A stretch of DNA of 64,000 nt from Obrimoposthia wandeli (lineage: Eukaryota): contig CDROCS010005637.1 in assembly GCA_977020255.1 (NCBI GenBank), positions 1 to 64,000 of the forward strand, written 5' to 3'. This document shows positions 18,402 to 29,500 of this stretch, piece by piece. The stretch's first letter is position 1. Every line of letters starts with the position of its first letter. The notes under the pieces are model-generated. The model ran no database searches and was not told the DNA's origin. It worked only from the letters and a program-made list of their open reading frames with translations. Position numbers and translations under genes: made by a program.

Positions 18402-18989
18402 GTGGTTACCATGACAATCGATCTAAATAGTCGTTACGGCTTAAATCCTGCGCATAGTGAAGTAGTAGAAGCGTGTAACGTTATTGAGCCGTGCGATACA
18501 TTAGATATGGGCTGTTCAAATGGGCGTAATGCCTTGTATCTCGGCCAACTCGGATTTAACGTCAATGCCATCGATATAAATGCCGGTGCTATTGATACGC
18601 TGCAAAGTATTATTGATCAAGAAAAGATCACTAACATTAAGACTCAGGTGCTCGACATTAACAGTGCCAACCTTGGTGCAGACGATGTTAACCACTATGG
18701 TTTTATCTCATGTACCGTAACCCTCATGTTTATTAACCCTGCCAATGTTGACGCTATCATTGCTGATATGCATAAGCGTACTCTGCCCGGCGGTTATAAC
18801 CTGATTGTTTGCGCTATGAGCACGGAACAAAATCCATGCCCAGTGCCGTTTCCTTTTACCCTACAAACGGAACAGTTGCGTGAAGCTTATGCAGGGTGGG
18901 AGTTGATTAAGTACAATGAAGATGTCGGTACTATGCACAATGGCGCGAAATTGCAGTTTGCGACTATGTTGGCACGTAAACCAGCCTAA
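18402..18989 (+). CDS. tehB: Tellurite resistance SAM methyltransferase TehB
   Basis: HSEVVEA, LDMGCSNGRNALYL, GGYNLIVCAM and FATMLARK. Confidence 0.9.
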   Translation: MVTMTIDLNSRYGLNPAHSEVVEACNVIEPCDTLDMGCSNGRNALYLGQLGFNVNAIDINAGAIDTLQSIIDQEKITNIKTQVLDINSANLGADDVNHYGFISCTVTLMFINPANVDAIIADMHKRTLPGGYNLIVCAMSTEQNPCPVPFPFTLQTEQLREAYAGWELIKYNEDVGTMHNGAKLQFATMLARKPA

Positions 18990-19002
18990 AACTGTCTAAA
19001 AC

Positions 19003-19030
19003 AAAAAGACCTCAACATTGAGGTCTTTTT
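19003..19030. terminator. Bidirectional intrinsic terminator between tehB and ppkA
   Basis: AAAAAGACCTCAA-ca-TTGAGGTCTTTTT, a perfect inverted repeat between convergent genes. Confidence 0.85.
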
Positions 19031-19040
19031 ATTCCCAGCT

Positions 19041-20990
19041 TTAAACTGAATCTGCTTGGCCTTTATCTGCTTGGCCTTTATCTGCTTTGGTAAACAAACT
19101 CTCTGCTTTTTTGATCACTCTTGAATCTGACTTAATTTTGCCTATCACGATCAGTTTCAAGTAACGATTGGCTAAATCTCGACGCAGTTTAATTAATGGC
19201 TTGAAGTTCACGGGTAAATACTGGCTGTATTTATCCTGTTGAATATAAATACGATCCAGTGATTTTTGGCTTTTAGCACTCTTGATTGCACCTATCCAAT
19301 AATCAAATTGATCTTGATAAAATGTTTCCGCCGCATTGAAAGGAAACTCTTCGGTTTGGTCTGATGCTTTATAGTCTGTAAGTGCTTCAATCGCAGATAT
19401 TAACGTGGGTTGTGTTAACAAGTCTTGCAGCGCAGGTACTGAATCTTTAAACAACAATTCACCAGGTGCAAGTAGGGTGTTAATTTGCAGATAATCATAA
19501 TTTCGTATCGCAGTTTTTAACAGCTTAGTGTATAAGCTGATGGCTTGTTCTGACGGGATGATTTTGTAATCGGCATCAACTTGTTTAATATCCTGTTGCA
19601 GGGTAAAGATGTCAGTGCCATCGCTGTCAGGAATATAATTTGCACGTAATAAACGTTGCTCAATATTCGCGACAAGTATCGATCTCGCTGATTCTCTTTG
19701 ACTATCAACATAATGTCCGATGTCAGCAAGTTTAACAGAGTCGGGGTACAACTTAGTTGTTTCTGCTATTAACGCTGACATGTGGTAGAAATCTGGATAA
19801 CGCGATGTCGGATCCTGCATAATACGATTTATTTTCGCAATATGGTAATCGATCACCTCATCACGTTTTTGTCGCAACACACCGGCTTTGACTGTTAACG
19901 TTTCAGCATCTAATTCCGTTAATGAATTCATGAACACTTCAACGCTTGAATCAACTAACCCCTCGACACTCGTTATCTGCGCTTGCTGCGTGACTTGCTG
20001 CTTGTTAATTACATTTTCCATATAATAAAAATAACCAACAGAACCCAGCACGGTCAATAAGGGTAACGCCGTTGAAAAAATAGGAAACGGCTTACGGGTT
20101 AGTTTATGTTGCCATGCTTGGATACTCAGTGGACGTTCTTCATTGGTGAGCGCCAGTGCCGAACGCAGCATTTTCCAATTTCGATTACTGAGTTTAGACA
20201 ATTTTTTAGCGGTAATTTTATCGGTGATAGCTTGATCGGCAGGCTTACGCAGATACGGGTGTTTACTTGAAATCAATTCATAAAATATACAACCGAGAGA
20301 AAACAAATCATCGCTTTCTGAAGGCTGTTTACCTTGTAACAACTCGGCACTGGCATAAGCCGGTGTATAACCACTTAATGCGTTGTTATGTTCAATGTTG
20401 TCACTGGCAAATTCATCGGCATGATTTTGAAGTACGCGCGCGACCCCAAAGTCAAAAATCTTAATATCACCGTTACGGGTATGCATGATATTGGCTGGTT
20501 TCAAATCTGTATGCACAATCCCATTTTTGTGGGCAAACTTCAGTGCGTCAGCCACTTGATAAATAATTTTTTCTGCGCCTTTATAAGTCAGGCCTTTTGG
20601 TTTTGATCGTGAAATGACTTGGTCAAGGGTTTCACCATTTATCCATTCCATCGTAATAAAGCATAATTTATCTTCTTTATCGACGTCGTAAACACGAATA
20701 ATATTGGGATGAGAGAGGGCCATTGTTTTATGCGCTTCTCTAAACAGTAACTGCTGCGCTTCTTTGTTCTTAGTATATTGTGGTTGTAGGACTTTGATGG
20801 CGACGTAAGGATCATCAACTCCGGCTTTACTTAACAGCAAGTCTTTTGCTTTATATATATCACTCATACCACCAGAACCAATATGGGCTTCTAACTCATA
20901 ACGGTCTTTTAATATTCGGCCTGTAAGCGTAGCTGTATCAACTTCGTCTTTTGAACTATTGCTCTCTAATAGCGTTTTATTTTGTACCAC
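19041..20990 (-). CDS. ppkA: T6SS membrane Ser/Thr kinase PpkA
   Basis: GSGGMS, VAIK, HTDLKPANI, DFG and GYTPAYAS motifs, one TM helix and a periplasmic domain. Divergent from tagH. Confidence 0.85.
   Translation of the reverse strand: MVQNKTLLESNSSKDEVDTATLTGRILKDRYELEAHIGSGGMSDIYKAKDLLLSKAGVDDPYVAIKVLQPQYTKNKEAQQLLFREAHKTMALSHPNIIRVYDVDKEDKLCFITMEWINGETLDQVISRSKPKGLTYKGAEKIIYQVADALKFAHKNGIVHTDLKPANIMHTRNGDIKIFDFGVARVLQNHADEFASDNIEHNNALSGYTPAYASAELLQGKQPSESDDLFSLGCIFYELISSKHPYLRKPADQAITDKITAKKLSKLSNRNWKMLRSALALTNEERPLSIQAWQHKLTRKPFPIFSTALPLLTVLGSVGYFYYMENVINKQQVTQQAQITSVEGLVDSSVEVFMNSLTELDAETLTVKAGVLRQKRDEVIDYHIAKINRIMQDPTSRYPDFYHMSALIAETTKLYPDSVKLADIGHYVDSQRESARSILVANIEQRLLRANYIPDSDGTDIFTLQQDIKQVDADYKIIPSEQAISLYTKLLKTAIRNYDYLQINTLLAPGELLFKDSVPALQDLLTQPTLISAIEALTDYKASDQTEEFPFNAAETFYQDQFDYWIGAIKSAKSQKSLDRIYIQQDKYSQYLPVNFKPLIKLRRDLANRYLKLIVIGKIKSDSRVIKKAESLFTKADKGQADKGQADSV
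19051..19087. repeat. 15-bp tandem repeat x2.5 (ADKGQ at the PpkA C-terminus)
   Basis: TCTGCTTGGCCTTTA at 19051 and 19066, partial at 19081. Confidence 0.8.
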
Positions 20991-21631
20991 ACTACACTCC
21001 TTAATATATTTGAATAACGTAATTTATATAAAGTACTAGTTATGCCTAATGCTTTAGTGTTGAATTTTAATTTTTGTTGAATTTAATACTTTAGTTTACT
21101 TTCATATTAATAGTTAATTTTCGTTGTTTATTACTATTTTTTACTGTGCTGTTTATCAATAGTGTTGAAACCATGTTTATATTTATGAGTTCATTCTCAT
21201 AAATATAAATGATTACACGCGAATTACTTAAGTCATTGTTAATTATGTGTTTAATTAACTGTGAGTTAACCGTCTACATACATTTTAAGCACCGTAAAAG
21301 GGATTTTATATAAAGAAGGTTGAAGTGCTTATATAAAATCTATTTTCTTATTGGTTATTAATTAGTTTAATTTTGGTAACGTCAATCAGCATACACATTT
21401 ATTTGCCGGAAATAGTATTAAATGTAGTATTAGATATCTGTTTAAATAACAAATGTAGCGGATTCACTTGTTTGACTTGATTGAGCATATTTGGTTTTAT
21501 AGTGATATCAATATGTATTTTGATAGAAACAATATTTCCATGAAGTTGTAAGATGATATCTTATTACGTTATGAATAGGTTCTGCAGGATGTTTATTTAG
21601 TGTTAACAATAGATAAGTCAAGGAATGACAA

Positions 21632-23035
21632 ATGGGACTGTTTTTATCTGTAATTAGTTATCAACAATTATCACCTAGTTTACAAGCTAACTTTACACTC
21701 GAAGGTGCTTCTGCTGTTATTGGCCGCGCGGCGACCAATGATTGGGTGTTACCGGATAGCGATAAAATTCTATCGAGTCGGCATGCTGAACTCACGTTAG
21801 TGATGGATAAATATTATATTACCGACGTATCAACGAATGGTGTGTTCATTAACGAGTCAACAAAACCGCTTGGGAAAGGCAATCGTCACGCATTAACTGC
21901 AGGTGAGCAGATTATCATTGGTGAATACGTGATTGAAGTGACGATTGAATCGGCACTCTCTGATTTAAACCAACTCTCTGACGCAAACTCACAAGCGGCT
22001 AATTTAAATGCTAATCAACAAGCGCCTGGCTTTTCTTCTTTTACCTCGTCACCACTGACTAACCGTAATGACGATGTCAATACGCCCTCAGTGCTCACAA
22101 CCAGCACCAGTGATCCATTCTTAGCAGGCAGTGAGATGCAGGACAGTTTAGTACTTGATAGCAACATTATCCCTGATGATTGGAATTGGGATAATGACGG
22201 TCTCAATTCAGCCGTTCAGGTTCGTGAAACTAAGATCGCAGATGTTCAGAAACTGTCAAAAAAATCACAACTAACACCTCAACTAGCACCTCAACTAGCA
22301 CCTCAGCTTGAAGCCGCTGTCGCAGTAACTGCACCAGAAACCATCATATCCGAAACCAGCGTATCGCATAAAATCGTAGCGGAAAGTGCCATGGCGCCAA
22401 CAGCTATAGTGAAAAAAACAGCGCCAACGCCCGTTAAGTCGAATAAACCAAGCGTTGCCAATACAGACAACATGCTGGCCTTGTTGAAAGGTTTAGGTAT
22501 CGACAAGTCACCAGCCGATGCAGATGAAGAATGGTGGTTAGATCTGGGTGCTTCGATGAGAACCATTAATGAAGAACTGATGTCATCCCTACGAGATCGT
22601 GCTGCATTCAAGAATCAATTTCGTGTAAACCACACCATGTTTCAAATTAAAGAAAATAATCCCTTTAAATTTTCAGCTTCAGTTGATGATTTATTTCGTA
22701 ATTTATATCTACGCAGTAATGGCAGCTTTATGACCACAAATAAAGCCATCACAGAAGCCTTTGGTGATTTACGTAAACATGAACAAAGCATGCGCGCGGG
22801 ATTAGAAGGTGCCGTTGTTGGTATTTTAGATCAATTAGCGCCAGACAATATGTTGCAGGAACAAGGTGAACAAGGCTTCTTCGATAAATTTAAACGCAGT
22901 AACAAAGAACAGAAGCAGTGGCGTAATTATATTGAGATGCATGACGACATCCGTAACGAGATCATTGATAACCGCGAAAGTATTCTTTCCGACGCTTTCG
23001 TACAGGCTTATGAAGATAAGCAGAGACAGGAATAA
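21632..23035 (+). CDS. tagH: T6SS FHA domain protein TagH/Fha
   Basis: IGR..SSRHA..DVSTNGVFIN FHA domain, acidic/Pro-rich linker and FRVNHTMF..ENNPFKFS phospho-Thr region. Confidence 0.92.
   Translation: MGLFLSVISYQQLSPSLQANFTLEGASAVIGRAATNDWVLPDSDKILSSRHAELTLVMDKYYITDVSTNGVFINESTKPLGKGNRHALTAGEQIIIGEYVIEVTIESALSDLNQLSDANSQAANLNANQQAPGFSSFTSSPLTNRNDDVNTPSVLTTSTSDPFLAGSEMQDSLVLDSNIIPDDWNWDNDGLNSAVQVRETKIADVQKLSKKSQLTPQLAPQLAPQLEAAVAVTAPETIISETSVSHKIVAESAMAPTAIVKKTAPTPVKSNKPSVANTDNMLALLKGLGIDKSPADADEEWWLDLGASMRTINEELMSSLRDRAAFKNQFRVNHTMFQIKENNPFKFSASVDDLFRNLYLRSNGSFMTTNKAITEAFGDLRKHEQSMRAGLEGAVVGILDQLAPDNMLQEQGEQGFFDKFKRSNKEQKQWRNYIEMHDDIRNEIIDNRESILSDAFVQAYEDKQRQE
22268..22308 (+). repeat. 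12-bp tandem repeat (QLAP) in the TagH linker
   Basis: CAACTAGCACCT x3 plus a partial copy. Confidence 0.8.
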
Positions 23036-23092
23036 AGGTGCTGTGTAATCACCTTTTCATTCAAAATTCATAATCTTAATACAGGCAGAAAC

Positions 23093-23662
23093 ATGAACAT
23101 AATTTATAAAAACTGGAATCTCAATAGCACTAGCAACGGAACACTAAGCAAGAGTCTAAGCAAGAGTTTAAGCAAAAGTCTAAGCGTTAATTTCAATCGT
23201 TTTAACCGCGCTTTTGTTATGTGCATTGCATTGTTGACACTAAGCAGTCTATCGGGTTGTTCGATGATGAACTTCTTTGTTACGCCGTCAACCACGTTGA
23301 ATTTTGTTGCCGCTAAGAATTTAAACCCAGATATGGAAACACGTCCATCACCGGTTGTCGTGAAAGTGTTTGAACTGGCAAGTCGAGGGCCAATTGAAAC
23401 GGCTGATTTCTTTAGTTTATATTCAGATTCTGAAGAGATTTTGGGACCTGAGTTATTGCACAAAGAAGAGTTGGTATTTAACCCTGGTCAACGTTTAAGT
23501 TATGAACGTGAACTCAACAAAAATACCCGATTTATTGCGGTGTTAGTTGCCTATCAAGATATTGAGAACTCACGCTGGCGCGATGTGATTGCGGTTAGCC
23601 CTAAATCTTATGATGACTTTAGTGTTTACCTCGAAAAGCTAAGTGTGTTTATACGTGATTAA
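23093..23662 (+). CDS. tssJ: T6SS lipoprotein TssJ
   Basis: Lipobox LSGC, NLNPD..RPSPVVVKVFEL and AYQDIENSRWR. Confidence 0.92.
   Translation: MNIIYKNWNLNSTSNGTLSKSLSKSLSKSLSVNFNRFNRAFVMCIALLTLSSLSGCSMMNFFVTPSTTLNFVAAKNLNPDMETRPSPVVVKVFELASRGPIETADFFSLYSDSEEILGPELLHKEELVFNPGQRLSYERELNKNTRFIAVLVAYQDIENSRWRDVIAVSPKSYDDFSVYLEKLSVFIRD
23144..23185 (+). repeat. 12-bp tandem repeat (LSKS) in the TssJ signal peptide N-region
   Basis: CTAAGCAAGAGT x3.5. Confidence 0.8.
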
Positions 23663-23704
23663 TGACCATTTGGATTTGTTGACGAAGGTGGAACCAGCCA
23701 TGAA

Positions 23705-23736
23705 TGTAAACAGTGATGAGTGTAAACAGTGATGAG
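23705..23736 (+). repeat. 16-bp direct duplication spanning the tssK start
   Basis: TGTAAACAGTGATGAG x2. Confidence 0.8.
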
Positions 23737-25069
23737 TGATTACAGTAAAGTAGCTTGGAGTGAAGGTATGTTCCTTCGACCTCAGCATTTTCAACAGCAA
23801 GATCGTTATCATAGTTACGTCCAACGTCGCGTGTTACAGGCGACTGGATCGCATCAATGGGGTGTCGTTGATCTGTGTCTAGACGATGATTTATTAGGAT
23901 TAGGGCGATTCGCGCTAACCGAATTTGAGGGTATTTTTAATGATGGTACACACATTAGAATGCCATCGCAGGCAGCATTGCCAGCGCCTTTATTAATATC
24001 ACCGGGCACGATCGATTGTAATATTGTATTAGCATTGGCCATTGATAAAAACACTGGACTTAACATCATCAACAGTGACAGCGACGGTGTTATCGCACGC
24101 TATTTAAATGTCTATAAGGATGTGATTGATACATCGTTAGAAAGCCTGCCAGTTGAATCAATCGCCATGGCTAAGTTAGCCCCTGAATTGAAATTGGCTA
24201 ATCAAGATTTAACCGGGTATGTAACGGTACCAATCGCACGCGTCATCAATGTGAGTGATTCTGGTGATATCAAACTGGATAAAAAGTTTATCGCACCATG
24301 CCTTAGTATTGGTTCGGCCAAGCACCTGGTTGATTATGTCAACGAGGTGACCGGTATGGTCGCGCAACGCGCCGAGGCTATTGCGGCACGTTTAACAAAA
24401 GGACAGGGGCAGGGCCAAGCGTCGACAGTGGCTGATTACATGATGCTGCAATTTTTAAATCGAATCGAACCCGTGTTGATGCATCATCTACAACAGCGCA
24501 GCCTGCATCCAGAACGTCTATTTGAGTTGTTTATTTCAATTTCAGGTGAGCTTTCTACCTTTTATGGCGAAACAAAAAGGGCGGCTAAAATGCCCTTGTA
24601 TCAACACGATCATTTAGCGGCAACGTTTGGCAGTAGCATGTCGTTATTAACCCAAACTCTGAGTGTGGTCGTTGACCATACGGCCGTCGCATTAGTGTTG
24701 ACGCAGAAACAATTTGGTATTTATGTCGCCCAACTTGCAGATAAATCAGTATTAGAAAACAGTATTTTAGTCTTGGCAGTAAAAGCCAATATGCCCGTGC
24801 TGGATATCACTAAAAATTTACCCGGTCAGATAAAAATTGGCCCAGTTGAAATGATCCGCGATCTCGTCAATGTCCAACTTCCAGGTATCAGCGTTACCGC
24901 GTTACCCGTTGCCCCAAGGCAGATCCCTTATCATGCAGGTAGTTTTTATTTTCAACTCGACAGTAACAGTGAATATTGGCATAAATTAAAGAATAGTGGC
25001 GGTGTCGCAATCCATTTATCTGGCCAATTTCCAGGACTGGCAATGGAATTGTGGTCAATAAAACAATAA
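23729..25069 (+). CDS. tssK: T6SS baseplate protein TssK
   Basis: KVAWSEGMFLRPQHFQQQDRY and LPVAPRQIPYHAG..YFQLD. Confidence 0.95.
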   Translation: MMSDYSKVAWSEGMFLRPQHFQQQDRYHSYVQRRVLQATGSHQWGVVDLCLDDDLLGLGRFALTEFEGIFNDGTHIRMPSQAALPAPLLISPGTIDCNIVLALAIDKNTGLNIINSDSDGVIARYLNVYKDVIDTSLESLPVESIAMAKLAPELKLANQDLTGYVTVPIARVINVSDSGDIKLDKKFIAPCLSIGSAKHLVDYVNEVTGMVAQRAEAIAARLTKGQGQGQASTVADYMMLQFLNRIEPVLMHHLQQRSLHPERLFELFISISGELSTFYGETKRAAKMPLYQHDHLAATFGSSMSLLTQTLSVVVDHTAVALVLTQKQFGIYVAQLADKSVLENSILVLAVKANMPVLDITKNLPGQIKIGPVEMIRDLVNVQLPGISVTALPVAPRQIPYHAGSFYFQLDSNSEYWHKLKNSGGVAIHLSGQFPGLAMELWSIKQ

Positions 25070-25154
25070 CGAGCATTTAATTGAAAGTATCAGGAATTAT
25101 TTTGAAAGTAGTCATAAACATGGAACGTTTAGCTGTAAGCAGGGATAGATTAGT

Positions 25155-26510
25155 ATGAGCGAAAAAACAATATTTAAACCCAGACCTGGAGGACGCAGTC
25201 AAGCTGCGCCTGCGGCGTCCCATTTTGCAAATAATAATGCCGTACCTAAACCGGGTATAGCAGTCGCAGAAGAGAATACTTTATTTGTTGAACCACAAAG
25301 TAAAGCGCTTAATCAGACTATTTTAACCATAGGTGCTAATCCGTTGATTGAGCATGCAGGATTAATCCTATCCTTGATCAATCAGATCAAAGTGAATGCT
25401 GAATATGAAAAAGTGGATGTGTTACACGGACAATGTGTTGGTATGGTCGATAAATATGAACGCCAGCTACACGCATTAAAATACGACAATAAACTGAGCG
25501 GCAAAACCGAAACCACGGATAACAAACTGATTGAAGCGGCTAAGTTTTGTGTGTGTGCGTTTATCGATGAAACCGTGATGACAATGCCTTGGGGACGTAA
25601 TAGTGCTTGGGCGCAAAATTCATTACAAAGTCATTTTTATCACCAAACATTTGGTGGCGAGCATTTCTTTACCTTGTTAGATGAATCTGCCGCGAACATG
25701 GTCGAAATGCTCTATATCGTTGAATTACAATATCTATGTCTCTCGTTAGGTTATCAAGGTAAGTACCGCGTAACGAAAAATGCCTCGCAGTTGATTGAGC
25801 CTTTACGCGACAATCTCGGACTGGCATTGAAAAATCATCACGGCCGTAGAGAGAAACGTTTATCTGATAATTTAAATGTGATCGAAGTGAGTAGCGAAAA
25901 AACCAAATTTGAACTGCCTATTTGGGTAACAGCATCGATTGCGGGGGCTTTACTGGTGGCGAGTTTTATTGGCTTACGTCTAGACGTTAATGAGCAAGCC
26001 GATTTAGTTTATCAACAAGTCTTGGATCTTGTCGACCGTCAGCCTGAAGTGACTGCGGCCGTGAGTGCAAGTTCATTAACGTTAAAATTAGAGCAGTTGT
26101 TACAAACTGAAATCATTCGCAATATTGTGGTGGTTCAAGAGCTCTCTGATCGTATTCGTATCCGTATCACCAGTGCTGATCTATTTGCCAGTGGCAGCGA
26201 TCAAATTAATCCAGCATATCAACCTATCATTCGTAAAATTGCACGCACGCTAGAATCCACACAAGGGCAAATATTAATTACCGGGCATACCGACAAGCAA
26301 CAGATTATATCAAGTCGTTATCCGTCTAATTGGCATTTATCACTGGCGCGTGCCACCAGCATTGCCGATGTATTAGCGAAAGATACCCGGTTAAGCGGTA
26401 GGTTATTACCTGAAGGTCGAGGTTCTTCTGAACCTTTAGCGGTAGATTCTACGATTACTGATGATCAACATGCGTTAAATCGCCGTGTTGAAATCGATAT
26501 ATTGAGGTAG
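25155..26510 (+). CDS. tssL: T6SS TssL (DotU) with C-terminal OmpA/MotB peptidoglycan-binding domain
   Basis: IDETVM..W..LQSHF..FGGEHFF, TM helix, GHTD..NWHLSLARA and NRRVEI. Confidence 0.95.
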   Translation: MSEKTIFKPRPGGRSQAAPAASHFANNNAVPKPGIAVAEENTLFVEPQSKALNQTILTIGANPLIEHAGLILSLINQIKVNAEYEKVDVLHGQCVGMVDKYERQLHALKYDNKLSGKTETTDNKLIEAAKFCVCAFIDETVMTMPWGRNSAWAQNSLQSHFYHQTFGGEHFFTLLDESAANMVEMLYIVELQYLCLSLGYQGKYRVTKNASQLIEPLRDNLGLALKNHHGRREKRLSDNLNVIEVSSEKTKFELPIWVTASIAGALLVASFIGLRLDVNEQADLVYQQVLDLVDRQPEVTAAVSASSLTLKLEQLLQTEIIRNIVVVQELSDRIRIRITSADLFASGSDQINPAYQPIIRKIARTLESTQGQILITGHTDKQQIISSRYPSNWHLSLARATSIADVLAKDTRLSGRLLPEGRGSSEPLAVDSTITDDQHALNRRVEIDILR

Positions 26511-26515
26511 TAAAG

Positions 26516-29500
26516 ATGTCATTTAAACAACGTATGTCCAAGTTATTGGCGTTCTTTACGCTAAAAACACTGTTTATTGTTATTGGTATTGTTGCCATTG
26601 TCGTGTGCGTTTGGTTAGCGGGTCCGTTAATTGCGATTGATGGCGTTACGCCACTCGCCAGTATGCAAAATCGCTTTGCCTTCTTAGCCATATTATTACT
26701 GCTGTGGATCATGAGCCTAGTCGTAAAAAAGGTGCTCGTAAAACGTCAAAATGACAAATTAGCGCGCGAGATGATTAAAGGTCAAGGCAATGAGAACGAT
26801 GACATCGCTGCCGAGCAAGATATTTCTGCTATTGAAGACAAGCTTAAGCAAGCCATTGGTATCTTACGCACCGCAAAACTAAGCAAGGGTAAAAGTATTT
26901 ATCAGCTGCCTTGGTATGTGCTTATCGGTCCTCCAGGTTCGGGTAAAACGACCGCATTACAACAGTCGGGTTTACAATTTCCGCTGCAGAAAGAAATGGG
27001 CGTGAATGCGTTAGCCGGTATTGCGGGTACGCGTCATTGTGATTGGTGGTTTACCGACAAAGCCGTGTTAATTGATACTGCAGGGCGTTATACCACGCAA
27101 GACAGCAGAAGCAGTACTGATTCCAGAGCATGGTTTGGATTTTTAGGTCTATTAAGACGTTACCGCGCTAAGCAACCGATTAACGGGGCATTAATTTCAA
27201 TGAGTCTGGCGGATTTATTAACCTGCACCCAGACCGAGCGTAACTTACATGCGCGTGCTATTAAGCAACGTATTCAGGAATTACAAAATCAACTTAACAT
27301 GACATTTCCAATCTATGTCATCTTTACCAAAGCCGATTTAATTGCTGGGTTTAATGAATATTTTGCCGAATTCAGTGAAGACGAACGCGAACAGGCGTGG
27401 GGCTTTACCCTGCCGATGGAAAATAGCGAAGATGCACAAGGGGTGGTATCACTCTTTAATAAAGAATTCTATCAGCTTATTGTCAAAATTAATGAAGGCA
27501 TGTTGCAGCGTTTAAACGGTGAACGTGATCCGAAAGTGCGTGCGCTTATTTACGAATTTCCGAAACAGTTACGTTTGTTACAAAGCGCGGCAGATGATTT
27601 TTTAAAAGAGATATTTGCCCCCAACGCATTTGAAAAACTACCCTTGCTCCGCGGTGCGTTTATCGCCAGTGGACACCAAGCTGGTAATCCGATTGATCGC
27701 GTTAGCAGTCAAATGGCGAGCGGCTTTGGTTTAAAACCAAGTACTCCTATTATCGCTAATCATGATGAACCAAAAGGCTTTTTCCTTAAATCGGTATTAA
27801 ACGATGTTATTTTTGCGGAACAGAATATTGCCAGTATTAATACCGAACATGCGCGTCAAAATCGCTGGTTACGCCGTACTGCCATTACCTCTATTTGTGT
27901 CTCTTCTGCGGTACTAGGGGCTGGCTGGTGGGCGAGTGCCAATTGGAACCAAGCGTTATCTGCGCAGATCAGTGAGGATGTTGAAGCATTCAAACAAAAC
28001 GCGAATGGTGGTTTAACCACATCGAGTGATTTAATTACACTGGCGAATGGGTTAACTATTTTGCGTAACCTGCCGACGGGTTATGTCGGTAATTTACCTG
28101 AAGGTTGGCCTAATCACCTGGGCTTATACCAAGGCGACAGATTGGCGCAAGCAACCAACGAAGTATATCAGCGGGCATTACAGCGTTACTTGTTGTCATA
28201 CGTTTCTAAATCACTCGTGAGTGATATGGCCAACAACAAAACCCATATTGATTATTTATATGAAACCTTGAAGACATACTTAATGTTATTCGAGCGCGAG
28301 TATTATAACGCCGAGCAGATCAAATCGTGGTTCTCATTTCACCTCGAAAATAATATTCCAGGTGACGTGAATAAAAACATGCGTTTAGAGCTTAACGAGC
28401 ATTTAGAAGTGTTATTAAATAATAACGCGATACAACCTGAATACAATAAGTTAGCAGTAAGTGACGCCAGAGATATTTTACTTGCCGTGCCTTTAGCCGA
28501 CCGTGCTTTTGCACGTATTCAACAAAAAGCAAAACAAAATCAGTTAGCTGACTTTAAACTGACTAACATGCTACCGAATGAAAGCATCGGTTTGTTTTAT
28601 CGCCACAGTGGTGAGCCGATGAATAAAGCAATCCCAGCGCTATTTACTTATGAAGGCTTTTATAAAGTGTTCTTGACTGAACATAAACAAATTATTCAAG
28701 TGTTAACCAAAGATAGCTGGGTGTACGGCGAAGAAGTCAAAGGCATGGGGGATGATGTCGAAGACCAGGTGATTAAGCAGGTTAAAGAACGCTACTTTAA
28801 AGAGTACAGTTATTACTGGCGTGATCTGATTGATGATATCGCTCTTAAACCGTTTGATACCGCATCACAGGGTGCTTATATCACTAAGATATTGACCAGT
28901 CCTGAGCAGCCAATACAAAAACTGTTAACGGCGATCCAAGATAATATTGAATTAACCAAGTTACCGGCATCAGAAGCTGCAGGTAAAGCCGGTAAGTTAG
29001 CGGGGGCAGTAGCGGCACAAAAAATGCCAAGCGCGACGAATCGTTTCAACCAATATATGCCAAAAGATGTCAGCATCGATGTTGCATTACCCGGTGACTC
29101 GGTTGAAAAAGTATTCCCGGAAATATTAGCCCTTGAAGATACTGAGGTATTACAAGTTCAGACGCAGATGAAAAAGGTACATGCATTATTGGAACAACTT
29201 AATCGTGGCCAAACCAGCGGTGACAAAATCGTTAACCAGCATGTTAATTTAAGACAAGCCGGTGAACCGATTGCAGAGTTAGATAAACTGATTGAGGATT
29301 TACCGAGCCCGTTTGCGGCGATGATGAAAGGGGTTGTTGACAGCACAACGCAAATCTCATTACAAAGCGCACGTTATCATCTCAATGACGTGTGGCAGGG
29401 CACGGTATACAACGAATACAAAAAACGTATCCGTGGTCGTTATCCGTTTAAGCGCAGCGCGCAAAATGAAGTGAGGATCCGAGACTTTTCACGCTTCTTT

